This document shows, piece after piece, positions 46,623-57,246 of a DNA stretch of 64,000 nucleotides. The number at the start of each line of letters is the position of its first letter. Positions within the stretch are counted from its first letter, which is position 1. A program made the position numbers and the translations under genes. The stretch is from assembly GCA_964384085.1 (NCBI GenBank), contig CAYLJZ010000007.1:3340-67339 (forward strand). Direction: 5' to 3'. The notes below the pieces were generated by a model. That model had not been told where the DNA came from. It saw only the letters and a program-made list of their open reading frames with translations, and made no database searches. Source of the DNA: an uncultured Desulfobacteraceae bacterium (GTDB taxonomy: Bacteria; Desulfobacterota; DSM-4660; Desulfatiglandales; Desulfatiglandaceae).

Positions 46623-49600
46623 TCATGCGGCGATGATGGCGGCACTCACAGCGTCAAACTTTTCAGCAATGAGGTGCTCGAATTCTTTTCCAAAGTAGCG
46701 ACGGTTTCTCTGCAGGTACCATTTGATGCTCCGCCAGTAGTCTTCCAACTCATCCATGTCGGAGACATTTCCAAGAAAGCCCTCAATTTCATTTAGTTTT
46801 TCCCTCTTCAAAACATCCTTTCTTATCTCGTAGAGATCATTCAGCCGATGCTTCTGTTCAGAAGAAAAACCGATATCCCATGCACGGTCCAGAAGATCGT
46901 TGACCAGGTCATGGAGGCCCTCGAAATCCTTGATCAGGCCCATCTGTTTGTCTGTCCGACTCAGGATCATATCGGTAATTTCGGCCATCCTTTTTTCAAA
47001 TGCCTCCTCCAGACGCCGTTCGTAGTCATCCGTGTAAAAGGGATACTTTCTGAGGGACCTCAGGCTGTAATGAAAGTAATTTTTCAACTGTTCGAGATCA
47101 GTGATGGATGACAGATACGATATTTTCTGGGAGATGGAGATGCGGTCCTGAAACTCAACGGAAAGGAGGTTTGGAAAAGCGCCCTTTCTGAGCAGGATGC
47201 CTGTCTTCGCACTCAAGAAATGGGCCAAAGGATATCTCCCCTCCCAGAGTTTCTGTAGAGAGAGGTCATTCAGACAATCGTTGATCGCTTCATACCGTCG
47301 GTCGACTTCCTGGATCATCCCCAGAAAGCTGAGCGAGGTCGGATGGGCATTCGACTCCATTTCCCGTATGCCCAGCAGCCCTATGAAGAGGATTTTGATC
47401 TGGTTTTCGTAGCTCAGAAAGCCTCTGATTTTCTCGTAACCAAAGATGCGCACCCTGTCTCCGATGAGCTGATCGAGAATGAAGTGCCGCATCGGTTCTG
47501 GCAGGGTTTGAAGGGTCTTGTAGATACGAAAGGCCTCGTAGACCTCTTTTTCGAATGTGGCATAGCCCACATTATGAAATCTTCTTTGCTTGTGAATATA
47601 TTTCAAAGGGACCTTCAGGTTCAGGTTTACGAGATCCTGAAACTCAACGTATCGAATGCCGCTCAACCTCAGAAGCCTCTCCGTGGCGAAAATCATCCTT
47701 CCCGCCTTGAGGATCTTTGAGCGCTCGGCCTCATTCCACTCAGTGGATTCCAGGCAGTCAGCCAATGAAACTCCCTCAGGAAGACCTCGGGCCTGGTGCC
47801 TTTCCAGAATGGAAAAAAGGGAGCCCCTCTCTTCGAAAATTTTGTTCAACTCTTCATCGAGCGATGTTTTTCCATCAATGATCTCATGGCACATGGCCCT
47901 TATCTCGAAGAGGCGAATGGCTAAATCCTCAAGGATGAGATCTTCCCGGATTGCAGATAGCATGATGAATGAAGAGACCAGAAAGGCATCAAAGCGTTCC
48001 TTATCCCGAGGGTTGAGGACCGATTGAAGGGCAGCGAAGGAGATCTCTCCGCAGACCGTATGGTGAAGCAGTGCGTGATTTCCAATTAAGAAAAGGAGGT
48101 GGGATTTTCCCTGTCTGGTGAGGTTGTATCTCTCCGCAATTTTTTCTCTCTCCACCAAAAAGGCGTCGGCGTCGGCGAGATCCGCAGGGTTGATCTCTTC
48201 CCTGTACCTTTCCCTGAGGGCCGGAACTCTTCCGATACCCTGAAATATGAAAGACTTGGCGAGGGCGTCATACAGATCCGGATTGAGCTTGAGCCTTTCC
48301 AGGATTTTCCAGAGGGTCTCCAGTTGCAATTCGCTGACGCCAACGATTCCCGCAGCCATTGGCCCGAACTCCTTCTGGGCCAACCGGTGGAGAAATTCTA
48401 TGTCGTAAAAGTTCTGTCTGTCATGAGTGATCAAGGCCTGAAATTTTCGGGTTGCCGTGATAATGTATTCGGTGACCGGGGACGTCAGATAGACATGCTC
48501 GGAAACATCGACGTCTTTAAGGGCCATGAATTCCGGAATCAAGAAATTCAAGAGGGAGGGTGCATTGCGATAGAGCGAATCTAAATCGGTATGAATGGAT
48601 TCAGGACGAAACATCACCCTCAGAAAATTGGATTTCAGCCTGGCCCTTAGTTCCTCCACTTTCTGGAACCACGTCCTCTGTCTGGAAGGGACCCTCAAGG
48701 TCTGGTCTCCCTCTTGAATAACCCTGATGTGGCCTTGAAAAAACGTTTCGAGATTTGAAAAAAGGGTCTCCATCGTCTTGAGAAAACTCACCGGGATATC
48801 GGAAATGAGGCTACCCATGATCCTTCGGATCAGGGCACTCAGGCGGTCGATGTCTCTATCGACATCTTTATAGGATATCTCCAATGCCTGGGTTCTTGAA
48901 GATGCCTTCAGTTGAAATCCGGTGCCCATGATAAATGATATGTTTTCCCGGCTTAGCTGATCGCTGAACTCCTTGAGTGCGGGGAAATTCAAATGCTCGA
49001 TATTGATGGACCGCACATCTTCCTCCACCTTTTTCACCCGTTTTTCTATGTCAAGGGGTTCCGCGTCAGCCAAAATCGGGTTGAAGTTGATAATTTCCCC
49101 CTTTGCCACATTGACGGCGATCCAGAGAAGCACAAAGACATTTTCAGGGGCCATTCGTTCAAAGAGATGCCACGTCCCATGGAAGGTTAGATTAAGAAAT
49201 TTTCGATAAAAAACAGGGAGCTGAAGTGGATCGAAGTTGAGATACATCCCCTCGAAGTGCTCCATCGTATTCACCAGACTGATGACATTTTCTATCCTTG
49301 CCAGCCGCTGTTCGTCATAATCAGCTAACGATTCCTTCTCCATTCGACCCTTTTGCCTCAGTTCAGACCAGTTGTCGAGGAACTCAAAATAATTCATCAT
49401 CATAAATATTTTTTGGACGATCCGGTTATGAATACCCCCCATAGCGGCGATCTTTTCGTCCAGGAGTTGATCCCAATCCAGCTCCCGGTTGACGACGACC
49501 CGGACCGCGGATTCGTAGAGTTCAAAGAGCTGTTGAAGTTGTTCGTGGGTGAGCTCCGCGCCACGAGCTGCCTCCGTTTCGGCCAATGTCATCAATCGAC

Positions 49601-51332
49601 AGTAGCGGAGGAGGTTGAGGGCCTGTTGGGAGTCATAGGTTTGGGCCAGATCAGAAACCGGTTTCAATGCCTTCTCTGTGACCTTGCCCGAAATGATTCG
49701 GCCCATGGCGGTGTGCCCCAAGGCAATGAGGATCATCTCTCTGAGTTCATTGTGGGCAAACCCGAAGAGGGCCAGGGCCTCCAAATTTTCAAAGATCGGG
49801 GTTCTAGGTCCCTCCATCCCGCCAGGGTTCAGGTAGCCCTGTATCCGTTCGAGGGAGTGGATCCTTTTGGTGAGTTTGATCACATCGTTGAGAGCGCTGA
49901 ATCTTCTGGTTTTGCTTTCCAGCGGGAGCGTTAAGCGGTCAATAAAAACCTGGGGCATCGCCCGATAGCTTTCCCGCCTGAGTCTCCCCGCCAAAATCTT
50001 CAGCGTCCGGATCAAGTATTCAAATGAATTCCGGTAATCAGCCACGAATTCAATGGGACAGCCCATCAGGTTGGATTTGACGACATCCATTTTGACATCG
50101 GACACCGTCGTCTTCACCTGCCTTATTTGGCCCAGGTAGATCAGCATGTATTTGGGAGAATAATCCTCGCATGAAAATCGCTTTTTCCATTCTCTTCCCA
50201 CCGGATCGGGCACCACAGGCTTGAGCAATACCTTGTCAAAAAATGGCGCCAGAAGCCTGGGCCATGCCTTTTCCTGATCAATAAAGAAAGGCCAGTCCTC
50301 AAATGGCGTATTGAGATAGGGGAGATCATGGATCTTGTCGAGAGACAACTCCTCAAAAGATTTTCCGCTCAGCAACTGATTGATGCCTTCCTGTTCAACG
50401 TAGAATGCACTTAGATACTTCTGAAGATCGAAGATATTGACCCTGGCCCTGTGCTCCTTGATCTGATATCGCTTTCGAGTGGCGAAGAGATGGGTGAACA
50501 ACAAAAAGTTCTTTTCTTCGTGCTCCGTCCTAAATGTCAGCTCGACGCTCTGGCGGGTCCTGGCCGTGACGTGGTCGGCAAGGATAAAGATCTCTCCTTC
50601 CTCCGGCTTCAGTACGTTGCGAATTTTCCAAAGGAGATAGGTGCAATACTGGTCGAGACGTCTTTTTGAGAGGGCTTCCCGGGCAAGCGGGCTGAATTTC
50701 TCCATCAGGACAATCTCGTACATATCGCTGGGCAATATGACAAGATCCAGCGCCTGATTCAGGTTCAACAACTTTTCAGCCGAATCCAGGACAATGAAAT
50801 GGTGTTCCTTGAGGCGAAAGGTCAACTCTTGAAGAATCAGATCATCTGGCCGACAAAAGACGCCGATCTTATGATACTCTTTCAGAAACTTATTCCGGTG
50901 GAACCTAACGGTTTTGCTGATTTCGTCCACCTTGGCTGTGACATGGATAAGGGAGTTCGACATGAGATGGACAGGAATCAAATAATACCGTTTTCCATAG
51001 CTGGAAAAGCGGATCAGCAGGCCCATTTTGCGGTAAATTTCATTAAGTTCTTTGTAGTGGCATCGAATGTCGTCTGCATTTTCGAGATTGACGCTCTGAA
51101 GCTGTTCGATCTCATTTGGGTTGAGACGGTCATAATCCTCAAACAGGCCGAACCCATAGGCATTGCCACCGAATCGGCTGCGAAGTTGCGAGGGGTGTTT
51201 GAATGAAGCAAATGTCCCCAATGGGACAGATGAGGAATCTATCCCTAAGGACGGAAAATCATCGGGGTTGATGAATTGAAAAGGGCCTTCTTGCCAGAGG
51301 GTCTGTTCCGGAAGGGGATTGGTGGAACCCAT
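46623..51332 (-). CDS. Very large (about 1569 aa; 1592 aa if started at 51401) soluble protein of unknown function
   Basis: Single uninterrupted ORF. By eye I found no TM helices, no P-loop (GxxxxGK[ST]) and no Cys clusters. Helix-rich L/E/K/R composition. Only weak GlnD/HD-repeat-like stretches. Confidence 0.7.
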   Translation of the reverse strand: MGSTNPLPEQTLWQEGPFQFINPDDFPSLGIDSSSVPLGTFASFKHPSQLRSRFGGNAYGFGLFEDYDRLNPNEIEQLQSVNLENADDIRCHYKELNEIYRKMGLLIRFSSYGKRYYLIPVHLMSNSLIHVTAKVDEISKTVRFHRNKFLKEYHKIGVFCRPDDLILQELTFRLKEHHFIVLDSAEKLLNLNQALDLVILPSDMYEIVLMEKFSPLAREALSKRRLDQYCTYLLWKIRNVLKPEEGEIFILADHVTARTRQSVELTFRTEHEEKNFLLFTHLFATRKRYQIKEHRARVNIFDLQKYLSAFYVEQEGINQLLSGKSFEELSLDKIHDLPYLNTPFEDWPFFIDQEKAWPRLLAPFFDKVLLKPVVPDPVGREWKKRFSCEDYSPKYMLIYLGQIRQVKTTVSDVKMDVVKSNLMGCPIEFVADYRNSFEYLIRTLKILAGRLRRESYRAMPQVFIDRLTLPLESKTRRFSALNDVIKLTKRIHSLERIQGYLNPGGMEGPRTPIFENLEALALFGFAHNELREMILIALGHTAMGRIISGKVTEKALKPVSDLAQTYDSQQALNLLRYCRLMTLAETEAARGAELTHEQLQQLFELYESAVRVVVNRELDWDQLLDEKIAAMGGIHNRIVQKIFMMMNYFEFLDNWSELRQKGRMEKESLADYDEQRLARIENVISLVNTMEHFEGMYLNFDPLQLPVFYRKFLNLTFHGTWHLFERMAPENVFVLLWIAVNVAKGEIINFNPILADAEPLDIEKRVKKVEEDVRSINIEHLNFPALKEFSDQLSRENISFIMGTGFQLKASSRTQALEISYKDVDRDIDRLSALIRRIMGSLISDIPVSFLKTMETLFSNLETFFQGHIRVIQEGDQTLRVPSRQRTWFQKVEELRARLKSNFLRVMFRPESIHTDLDSLYRNAPSLLNFLIPEFMALKDVDVSEHVYLTSPVTEYIITATRKFQALITHDRQNFYDIEFLHRLAQKEFGPMAAGIVGVSELQLETLWKILERLKLNPDLYDALAKSFIFQGIGRVPALRERYREEINPADLADADAFLVEREKIAERYNLTRQGKSHLLFLIGNHALLHHTVCGEISFAALQSVLNPRDKERFDAFLVSSFIMLSAIREDLILEDLAIRLFEIRAMCHEIIDGKTSLDEELNKIFEERGSLFSILERHQARGLPEGVSLADCLESTEWNEAERSKILKAGRMIFATERLLRLSGIRYVEFQDLVNLNLKVPLKYIHKQRRFHNVGYATFEKEVYEAFRIYKTLQTLPEPMRHFILDQLIGDRVRIFGYEKIRGFLSYENQIKILFIGLLGIREMESNAHPTSLSFLGMIQEVDRRYEAINDCLNDLSLQKLWEGRYPLAHFLSAKTGILLRKGAFPNLLSVEFQDRISISQKISYLSSITDLEQLKNYFHYSLRSLRKYPFYTDDYERRLEEAFEKRMAEITDMILSRTDKQMGLIKDFEGLHDLVNDLLDRAWDIGFSSEQKHRLNDLYEIRKDVLKREKLNEIEGFLGNVSDMDELEDYWRSIKWYLQRNRRYFGKEFEHLIAEKFDAVSAAIIAA

Positions 51333-51505
51333 GACGCTTCGATCTCCAGTAGTGGATGGATTGACGCAAAGGCCGGGTCCAGGCCGTCTGAAACTCAGCA
51401 ATGGAGAGTCGCATCAACATTCACGGACACGTGAGCGGTTTTGTGTGACAATAGAAATTGATTCCTCAAAGAACAGTTCGAACTCTTTCCGACAAAAAAA
51501 TAAGG

Positions 51506-52309
51506 TTAAAGCCACCGTTTGCGACGTTTGTAGGCCTTCACATTTTTATAGGATTTGAGTGCCCCTGAGGCTGCCGTGCCTAAATAAAACTCCTTTACAT
51601 CGGGATTTTCCCTAAGCTCTTCAGCACCGCTCTCCATGACGATCTTCCCGTTTTCCATCACATATCCGTAATGGGCGATCTGAAGGGCCATATTGGCGTT
51701 CTGCTCCACCACCAGAAGGGTGGTTTTCTTCTCCTGATTGATTCGTCGAATAATCTGGAAGATCTCCTTGACCAAGAGGGGGGCAAGGCCCAGCGAGGGC
51801 TCGTCTAACAGCAACAGCTTCGGGTGGGCCATGAGGGCTCTTCCGATAACCACCATCTGGAGTTCGCCGCCGCTGCAGTACCCTGCCATAGACTTTTTCC
51901 TTGCAAGGAGGGCGGGAAAATAGCTGTAGACCATCTCCAGATCTTTTTGGTAGGGCTTTCCCCATCGGGTCGCCGTGCCGACCCTCAGATTTTCTTCCAC
52001 AGTCAGATACTTGAACTCCTGACGCCCCTCCAGCACCTGAATGATCCCTTTTCGCGTGATCTCTTCCGGAGACGAATTCTGGACCGGCTTACCGTCATAT
52101 TCGATCGAACCTTCGGTCACCTTGCCGTTTTCGGGCTTGAGAAGACCGGAAATAGCCTTAAGTGTCGTTGTTTTTCCAGCCCCATTGCTCCCCAAAAGAG
52201 AAACAACCTGGCCTTCCCGAATGGTGAGGGACACTCCCTTCAGTACCTGTATGACGTCGGAATAGACAACGCTGATGTTATTGATCAACAGTCGGATATT
52301 ATCCTGCAT
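51506..52309 (-). CDS. livF: Liv-type ABC transporter ATP-binding protein (LivF-like)
   Basis: Walker A GSNGAGKTT and signature SGGELQM. Substrate unknown. Confidence 0.85.
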   Translation of the reverse strand: MQDNIRLLINNISVVYSDVIQVLKGVSLTIREGQVVSLLGSNGAGKTTTLKAISGLLKPENGKVTEGSIEYDGKPVQNSSPEEITRKGIIQVLEGRQEFKYLTVEENLRVGTATRWGKPYQKDLEMVYSYFPALLARKKSMAGYCSGGELQMVVIGRALMAHPKLLLLDEPSLGLAPLLVKEIFQIIRRINQEKKTTLLVVEQNANMALQIAHYGYVMENGKIVMESGAEELRENPDVKEFYLGTAASGALKSYKNVKAYKRRKRWL

Positions 52310-52324
52310 GGTGTAAGGAGCCTC

Positions 52325-53395
52325 TCAGTAAGAAAACGGCCACAACCTGAAGTTTGACCTGACAATGCGCCACACCTCGGCCAGCCCTTTCGGTTCAAAG
52401 ATGATAAAGAGGACAATGGCCAGGCCGTAGACAAACTCACGGAGCGGGGCAATGGTGATGCCGACACCAGTGGAGGCGCCAACATTCATCAGGTATGTTG
52501 TAATATGACTCAATATTTCATTCAGTGATACGATGAATACCGCTCCGAAGACGGAGCCGGGAATGCTCCCCAGTCCCCCGATAATGATCATGGCGATATA
52601 TTCGATGGACAGCCACAAATTAAAGGGCTCCGGCGTGATGCTCATAGTTAAATAGGCAAACAGGGCACCCGAGAAACCCGCATAAAAGGAGCTGATGGCA
52701 AAGGAAAGGAGTTTATAGGAAAAGATCGGAATCCCCATCCCCTCGGCCGCCCGGTCATTATCCCGAATGGCGATAAAGGCCCGGCCGATCCGTGTGCGGA
52801 TCAGATTGACAGCGATCCATGTCATCAGGACAAAAGACAAAAATATGACATAAAAAAAGGCACGGTCGCTCCCGATATTGATTCCGAAGAGCGTAGCGCG
52901 TGGGACAACGATGCCCTCCGCACCCCCTGTGAGGCCTTCCCACTGGACCAGAACATATTCGATGATGAACTGCCCTGCAAGGGTTGCAATACAGAGGTAG
53001 AGGTGTTTTAGCCGGGCTGAGGGGAGACCGAAGACCATTCCTACGGCTGCAGATACGACTCCGGCAATGGGGACTGCCAGGAAAAAAGGAAGCCCCCCCT
53101 TTGTGGCCAAAATGGCTGCGGCATAGGCCCCCACGCCGAAAAAGGCCCCGTGACCCAGTGAGATCTGACCGGTGAATCCGATGAGCAGGTTTAGACCGAC
53201 TGCAGCGATGGCGTAAATCCCCATATTGTTTAAGACATACAACATATAGGAATTGCTGATGAACGGCACGACACCGAAGAGGAGAACAATGCCGATCCAC
53301 ATCCAGAGTCGGCCGAAATCGGTGCTAAAGATATGCAAATCTTGATGGTAGCTTGTCTTGAAGCTGCCACAAGGATGAAACTGGAGTTTACGCAT
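52325..53395 (-). CDS. livM: Liv-type ABC permease (LivM-like)
   Basis: 356-aa polytopic protein. GFTGQISLGHGAFFGVGAY is typical of LivM. Confidence 0.85.
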   Translation of the reverse strand: MRKLQFHPCGSFKTSYHQDLHIFSTDFGRLWMWIGIVLLFGVVPFISNSYMLYVLNNMGIYAIAAVGLNLLIGFTGQISLGHGAFFGVGAYAAAILATKGGLPFFLAVPIAGVVSAAVGMVFGLPSARLKHLYLCIATLAGQFIIEYVLVQWEGLTGGAEGIVVPRATLFGINIGSDRAFFYVIFLSFVLMTWIAVNLIRTRIGRAFIAIRDNDRAAEGMGIPIFSYKLLSFAISSFYAGFSGALFAYLTMSITPEPFNLWLSIEYIAMIIIGGLGSIPGSVFGAVFIVSLNEILSHITTYLMNVGASTGVGITIAPLREFVYGLAIVLFIIFEPKGLAEVWRIVRSNFRLWPFSY

Positions 53396-53485
53396 GTCTA
53401 TGTCTTTTCCTCATTCCGAGAATGTCTCGCGCAAAGACGCAGGGTTAAAAAACAGTTTCTTCTATAGTGTCCAACCTGCAATCTA

Positions 53486-54364
53486 CTAAACCCTTTCAAT
53501 TTCCACCAGGCCGAAGAGTCCATACGGTTTTACCATAAGGATAAAAATCAGGACAATATAGGGAATGATTTCCCTGAGCGAGGTGGAGATATAGCCGCCG
53601 GTAAAGGTCTCCAGCAGGCCGATGATGACGCCCCCCAAAATTGCACCGCCAATACTGTCCAACCCCCCTAAGATCACGACAGGAAAAACCTTGAGACCGA
53701 TGGAACTCAGTTCGTGAACATTGATCCCGTTCATGATGCCTAAGACGATGCCGCTTATGGCGCAGACCAGGGCGGCAATGGCCCATGAGAGGGCAAATAC
53801 CCTTCTCACGTGAACGCCGAGGGAGAGGGCCGCGGGCTGGTTGTCGGCCACAGACCTCATGTAGATCCCCTGGGACGAGTATTTAAAAAAGAGGCCGAAC
53901 AGGACCAGGAACAGGATCCCGATAATGAATGCCGCCACATAAACGGCCGGAATCTGAATGGCCCCCCACTTCAAGGAGAGGGCCTCGGGCAGGAAATCGG
54001 GATAATCGTGGATATCTCCTCCGAAGATAAAGAGGAGCAATCCCCTGAACATCAAGGCCAGCCCCAGGGTCAGCATGATGACCTGGATAAGGGCCTCTCC
54101 GATCAGTGGCCGCAGGAAAAATTTCTCGAGGATAAAGCCAAGGATAAAACTTCCAGCCAGGGTCAACGCAAACGCCAGGACAATCGGAAGATCTGCCCAG
54201 GCGGAGAGAGCAAGAAAAAGAAATGCCCCGATGGCCATCAGTTCCCCATGGGCAAAATTGAGGACGCTGCTCGATTTGAAGATCATGACAAAACCGAGCG
54301 CTGAAAGGGCGTAAAGAAACCCCAATGAAATCCCACTCACCAGAAGCTGAAGAAAAAATTCCAT
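53486..54364 (-). CDS. livH: Liv-type ABC permease (LivH-like)
   Basis: MEFFLQLLVSGISLGFLYALSALGFVMIF...NFAHGE is typical of LivH. Confidence 0.85.
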   Translation of the reverse strand: MEFFLQLLVSGISLGFLYALSALGFVMIFKSSSVLNFAHGELMAIGAFLFLALSAWADLPIVLAFALTLAGSFILGFILEKFFLRPLIGEALIQVIMLTLGLALMFRGLLLFIFGGDIHDYPDFLPEALSLKWGAIQIPAVYVAAFIIGILFLVLFGLFFKYSSQGIYMRSVADNQPAALSLGVHVRRVFALSWAIAALVCAISGIVLGIMNGINVHELSSIGLKVFPVVILGGLDSIGGAILGGVIIGLLETFTGGYISTSLREIIPYIVLIFILMVKPYGLFGLVEIERV

Positions 54365-54380
54365 ACCAGCAGATGCCCCC

Positions 54381-56333
54381 TTACACCGTCAATATCCGTA
54401 CGGTTGTTTCGATGGTCCCTATGGTTCCATCCCTGTATCGCACCTCGCCCTTTATCGGCAGTTCCGTCTTGTCCGAATACATGGCGTCGATGAGGGCCTT
54501 GTATTGTTCGAAGACAAACTTACGCCTCACCTTGCCCGTTCGCGTCAATTCCTCATCGTCTGCGTCCAGAAGTTTATACAGGAGAATAATTCGGACCAGT
54601 CTCATCGGCTCCGGCAGCTCGGTATTGACCTTGGCCACCTCGCCCTTAATCATTTCCTCCACAGCCGGCTGCTGGGAGAGATCGGTGTACGTGGTATAGG
54701 GAATCTTTCGGTCTTCGGCCCAGTTTCCCACGTTGCCAAAGTCGATATTGATAAAGGCCGTGAGATATTTTTTGCCTTCTCCCCAAATGACGGCCTCTTT
54801 GATATACGGGCTGAACTTGAGCCTGGTTTCAATAAAATCAGGCGAGAAGGCCTCTCCATCCCGGGTCCGCATGATATCCTGCTTTCGACCGATAATGAGG
54901 AGGTGCCCGTCATCGTCGTAATAGGCGGCATCCCCGGTATGAAACCACCCGTCTTTGAGTGTCTCGGCAGTGGCCTCCGGGTTCTGATAGTAGCCGACAA
55001 AATTTGATTTACTACGAACCAGGACCTCCTGGTCTTCGGTGATCATGACCTCTGTTCCGGGAAGTGGTTTCCCTACAGTCTCGGGTTTGACCTCCTCGTC
55101 AGGCTGTACCTGAAAAATTCCACAGGTTTCCGTCAGCCCGTAACATTGCTTGAGGTTGAGGCCATTGGCTCTGAAAAACCGAATCACATCAGGACTGATG
55201 GGATGCCCGCCCGTGTAGGCTGCACGAAAATTGAGGCAGCCGACGCGATCCATCAGCGGCCGCGACACGAGCCGTGTCCCCAGCCACCTTAACAGTTTCA
55301 ATCCGTTCGAAATCCCTTTTTTCTCTGATTCCAGATCGACAATCTGCCTGCCGATATTCTGCGAAACATCATAGAGCCGACGTTTGATAAAACCGGCGTC
55401 GTTGATCTTGACCCGGATTTTGGATGCGAGGTCCTCCCAAAATCTGGAAGATGTGATGATGACGGTCGGTCCAATCTCCCGAAAGTCTTCCACTGCGGTC
55501 TCAAAGGTCTCAGGAAAATTCATGACCATGCCCCCGCAGAGCGTAATGCCAATGCCCCACATCTGGTCAACGATCCAGGCCGTCGGGGTAATAGAGATCC
55601 AGTTGTCCTCAATCCCGATGGGGGCCGTCTTGAGCCACTTGGATGCCATATCGGTAAAATTGCCGTGGCTCAGCATGACCAGTTTGGGAACCCCGGTGGT
55701 GCCCGATGTCATGAGCATGAGCGCCACATCCTCGGGCTTTCCCTCCCACAGCTCTTTGTTATAGAGTTCGGGCTGTTCCTTGTCCAGCTCTTCTCCCAGA
55801 TCCAGGAGCTGACTGAAGCTGATCAGCCACGGATTATCCTCGTAGGTCCGCATGCCTGTGGGATCGGTGTAGATGACGCGTCTCGTGTGGGGTAGATCTC
55901 CCTTGCAGGCAAGAAGTTTATCCACCTGTTCCTGATCCTGGGCAAAGACATAGGCCGCTTCGGCCCGGTTGAGGCCCCCAACCAGTTCCTTGGCCACCGC
56001 TGATGTAAACAGGGGAAGCGCTACCCCCCCCACAGACTGGGCGCCCAATTCTGCAAAAAGCCATTCCGGGTCATTGTCAAGGATCAGACCCACATTTTCA
56101 CCCCGCTTGAGACCGAGGGAAATCAGGCCCATTCCAATAAGCTTTGTATACCGGAAGTAATCTTTCCAGTGATAGGTCTGCCATATGCCGTAGGCCTTTT
56201 CCCGCAGGGCGATCCGTTCAGACCCCAGCCGCTCCGACTGTCTCAGCAGGATCTGAGGCAAGGTAAATTGCTCTAAGGAGGATAGCGTCTCCGGATCAAT
56301 ACGTTCTATCTTATTGTTGCCGTTTACGGACAT
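54381..56333 (-). CDS. AMP-dependent synthetase/ligase (acyl- or aryl-CoA ligase) embedded in the ABC operon
   Basis: AMP-binding motif MLMTSGTTGVPKLVMLSH, plus YGLTETCG and WFHTGDAAYYDDDGHLLIIGR. Confidence 0.85.
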   Translation of the reverse strand: MSVNGNNKIERIDPETLSSLEQFTLPQILLRQSERLGSERIALREKAYGIWQTYHWKDYFRYTKLIGMGLISLGLKRGENVGLILDNDPEWLFAELGAQSVGGVALPLFTSAVAKELVGGLNRAEAAYVFAQDQEQVDKLLACKGDLPHTRRVIYTDPTGMRTYEDNPWLISFSQLLDLGEELDKEQPELYNKELWEGKPEDVALMLMTSGTTGVPKLVMLSHGNFTDMASKWLKTAPIGIEDNWISITPTAWIVDQMWGIGITLCGGMVMNFPETFETAVEDFREIGPTVIITSSRFWEDLASKIRVKINDAGFIKRRLYDVSQNIGRQIVDLESEKKGISNGLKLLRWLGTRLVSRPLMDRVGCLNFRAAYTGGHPISPDVIRFFRANGLNLKQCYGLTETCGIFQVQPDEEVKPETVGKPLPGTEVMITEDQEVLVRSKSNFVGYYQNPEATAETLKDGWFHTGDAAYYDDDGHLLIIGRKQDIMRTRDGEAFSPDFIETRLKFSPYIKEAVIWGEGKKYLTAFINIDFGNVGNWAEDRKIPYTTYTDLSQQPAVEEMIKGEVAKVNTELPEPMRLVRIILLYKLLDADDEELTRTGKVRRKFVFEQYKALIDAMYSDKTELPIKGEVRYRDGTIGTIETTVRILTV

Positions 56334-56415
56334 CTTTTTCCCGATACCATTACTGAATCCCTCAATTTCTCAATCCCCAGATTCGCAATGCCGGTTAGGG
56401 TGTTTATGTGACTGA

Positions 56416-57246
56416 CTATTCGATCTTGGAGGTATCCCCGAGATAGGCCTTAATGACCTGCGGATGATTCTGAACAAAATCGGGAGATCCCTCGGCAATT
56501 TTGATGCCGAAGTCAAATACCGCCACTCGCTTCGAGATGCTCATGACAATGGACATGTCATGCTCCACCAGTATCATGGTCTGGTTCCACGCCTCATTCA
56601 GCTCAACCAAAAACCGCACCATGTCCTCCTTTTCCTCCAGGGTCATCCCTGCAAAGGGCTCATCGAGAACCAGGAGCCTTGGTTGGAGTGCCAGGGCGCG
56701 GCCTAATTCGACACGTTTTCTCATGCCATAGGGAAGTGAGCCTACGAGGTGCTTCCGGATCGATTGCATCTCTAAAAAATCGATGAGTTCTTCGAGTATC
56801 CGCCGGTGGCGAACCTCTTCTTCTCGAACGCTTTTCACGAAGAAAGCGGCCTTTCCCAGGTGATATCGGCAGTGAACATGCCGCGCCAGCAGCATGTTGG
56901 AGAGCACTGTCATACCGGGGAAAAGTTCGATATTCTGATAGGTTCGACCGATGCCGATCTTGGTAAGATGATGTGTTGAGAGACCAGTGACATCTTTTCC
57001 ATTAAACGATATCTGGCCTTCCTGTGGTTTGTAATAGCCGGTAAGGCAGTTTAACAAGCTGGTCTTGCCGGCGCCGTTAGGTCCGATAATAGAGACAAGT
57101 TCACCGTTACGGACATTCAGATCAATCTTGGTCAGGGCCGTAATCCCACCGAACTTGAGGGTCAGATCTTTCACCTCCAGCTCGGCCCGTCGTTCCTCAG
57201 GCCGAGCGGAGGTGAAGATACTGGGCTCACCGCGAAAGGCTTTCAT
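56416..57246 (-). CDS. livG: Liv-type ABC transporter ATP-binding protein (LivG-like)
   Basis: Walker A GPNGAGKTS and LivG-type signature LPYGMRKRVELGRAL. Confidence 0.85.
   Translation of the reverse strand: MKAFRGEPSIFTSARPEERRAELEVKDLTLKFGGITALTKIDLNVRNGELVSIIGPNGAGKTSLLNCLTGYYKPQEGQISFNGKDVTGLSTHHLTKIGIGRTYQNIELFPGMTVLSNMLLARHVHCRYHLGKAAFFVKSVREEEVRHRRILEELIDFLEMQSIRKHLVGSLPYGMRKRVELGRALALQPRLLVLDEPFAGMTLEEKEDMVRFLVELNEAWNQTMILVEHDMSIVMSISKRVAVFDFGIKIAEGSPDFVQNHPQVIKAYLGDTSKIE

Noticed and set aside
46623-51401. Lower GC of the giant ORF as evidence for a horizontally acquired island
   Set aside because: Hand counts do show a contrast: 28/60 G+C at 47101..47160 against 41/60 at 13441..13500. 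However, clearly core genes are equally low or lower, for example 23/60 at 19021..19080 inside rng and similar values in the liv permease genes. There are also no mobility genes or flanking repeats. Composition here varies gene by gene and does not support a horizontal-transfer call.
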